Shown here piece after piece: positions 63,081 to 64,000 of a stretch of DNA of 64,000 nt. The DNA lies in the IMG/VR virus record IMGVR_UViG_2974506819_000001, positions 34,789 through 98,788 of that record; one strand, written 5' to 3'. How positions within the stretch are numbered: position 1 is the stretch's first letter; every line of letters starts with the position of its first letter. The notes below the pieces were generated by a model. The model did not search any database, was not told where the DNA came from, and saw only the letters and a list, made by a program, of their open reading frames with translations. Origin of the DNA: a virus (taxonomy: Duplodnaviria > Heunggongvirae > Uroviricota > Caudoviricetes). The position numbers were made by a program, and so were the translations under genes.

Positions 63081-63998
63081 CTATGCCTCTTGTATGATAC
63101 TTCGGATTTTTAACAAATACCCCCGGTGAAGAACACTGGGGCGCTTACGATTGGTAAAGCCATGGTACAGTTGAGCACCGTTGCCTTCACCCGTCGTTTT
63201 ATTGAGATACAGCCGGTTGACACCGAGGTCTATATCTAATAAACGTCGATTAATAATCTTGCGTGTGTAGTATTTTGGTAATAATCCGTTAGACACCATC
63301 AGAGGCAAATTTTGAGTCTCATGGGTGTGGAACGTAAACGGAAAGCGATATGTTTCCAGCGGCACCACTTCAACAGAGAGGTTGGGGTTATCCAACACAA
63401 TCAAGAAACTACTCGGGTCAGTCAGCAGGGTAGTAAAGAACATTTCAGTGAAGAAGAAATCCTTACCCACAACCTGCCGTTCGAGATCGATCACCGATGA
63501 CAAATCGATGTAGTTCTTGCTGTCGAAGATGCGGCTAAACCAATCCACATAATCGATACGTATGGCGATGGAGTTTGCGCCCGTGACCTCAATGACGTCA
63601 CTCATGTAAAGGCGGCCTCCGATACTCATCCACACGGTCTTGTCCGTTAACGGAGTTTGGGTCTTTAAATGTAAGAACCCGTAAGTGTCGTGATCTTCAA
63701 ACTCAACCTGTTCCTCTTTAATGGGATAAGTGTTGAGCGTACTTATAGTGTTAAAGTTCAAACAGGTAACGTGAATGTTGTCGTACACCCGGAAATGTTT
63801 CCCGGCGTTTAACAGAAACAAATCATTGTCTCTGGCGATGGCACGACACAGGTGACCGTTCACGGTCCACAGAGCACGTTCCTGCAGCGCTTGATAGTCG
63901 ACCAAGGTATTGTCGGTCTTGCGCACACGAATGTCATTAGCACTGCTTGTGGTCAACGTATCTTGACGGTCGTCGCTGATACGAATGTCGCCAGGCAG
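63081..63998 (-). CDS. Conserved virion protein, 5'-truncated by the window edge
   Basis: The frame stays open to the window end (LPGDIRISDDRQDTLTTSSANDIRV...), so the true start is outside. Beta-rich sequence (LWTVNGHL, WMSIGGRLY). Confidence 0.7.
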   Translation of the reverse strand: MPGDIRISDDRQDTLTTSSANDIRVRKTDNTLVDYQALQERALWTVNGHLCRAIARDNDLFLLNAGKHFRVYDNIHVTCLNFNTISTLNTYPIKEEQVEFEDHDTYGFLHLKTQTPLTDKTVWMSIGGRLYMSDVIEVTGANSIAIRIDYVDWFSRIFDSKNYIDLSSVIDLERQVVGKDFFFTEMFFTTLLTDPSSFLIVLDNPNLSVEVVPLETYRFPFTFHTHETQNLPLMVSNGLLPKYYTRKIINRRLLDIDLGVNRLYLNKTTGEGNGAQLYHGFTNRKRPSVLHRGYLLKIRSIIQEA

Positions 63999-64000
63999 CA

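Noticed and set aside
1-64000. Anti-phage defence island, CRISPR-Cas, retron, DGR or IS element
   Set aside because: No reverse transcriptase, Cas, transposase or integrase motifs, direct-repeat arrays or TR/VR pairs were found; gene content is explained by a lytic jumbo-phage core.

Overview
The whole window is a dense, intron-free segment of a phiKZ-like jumbo myophage genome (Chimalliviridae-type, probably nucleus-forming). The strongly expressed genes use enterobacterial-type optimal codons, which suggests an SPN3US/Erwinia-jumbo-phage-like virus; the exact phage cannot be named from sequence alone. It carries three split subunits of the non-virion multisubunit RNA polymerase and one virion RNAP beta' subunit. 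It also carries an SF2 helicase, the exonuclease/N-terminal half of a split family-B DNA polymerase, a DnaB helicase and a RuvC resolvase. Structural genes include the major capsid protein, portal, baseplate/neck/tail genes and a long array of processed internal head proteins. A probable holin and an overlapping i-spanin/o-spanin pair lie near the right end. Both terminal ORFs run off the window. The most interesting observations: (1) a probable -1 ribosomal frameshift at T TTT TTT (13950-13956) joining a Zn-finger tail-chaperone-like gene to the next ORF, in the style of lambda G/GT; (2) a head-protein-like gene with an intact HEXXH zinc-protease motif plus transmembrane helices; (3) a strand-symmetric hairpin-plus-TTATG element at gene junctions; (4) a TTTY-N4-CTAYATWAYT promoter-like motif in front of non-virion genes; (5) a G-x-E maturation motif followed by an amphipathic helix across many head proteins; (6) small accessory cassettes encoding a secreted protein and a glycine-zipper membrane protein. 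phiKZ/T4 homolog names come from motif recognition and remembered gene order, not from database searches. No tRNA, rRNA, CRISPR array or IS element was seen.
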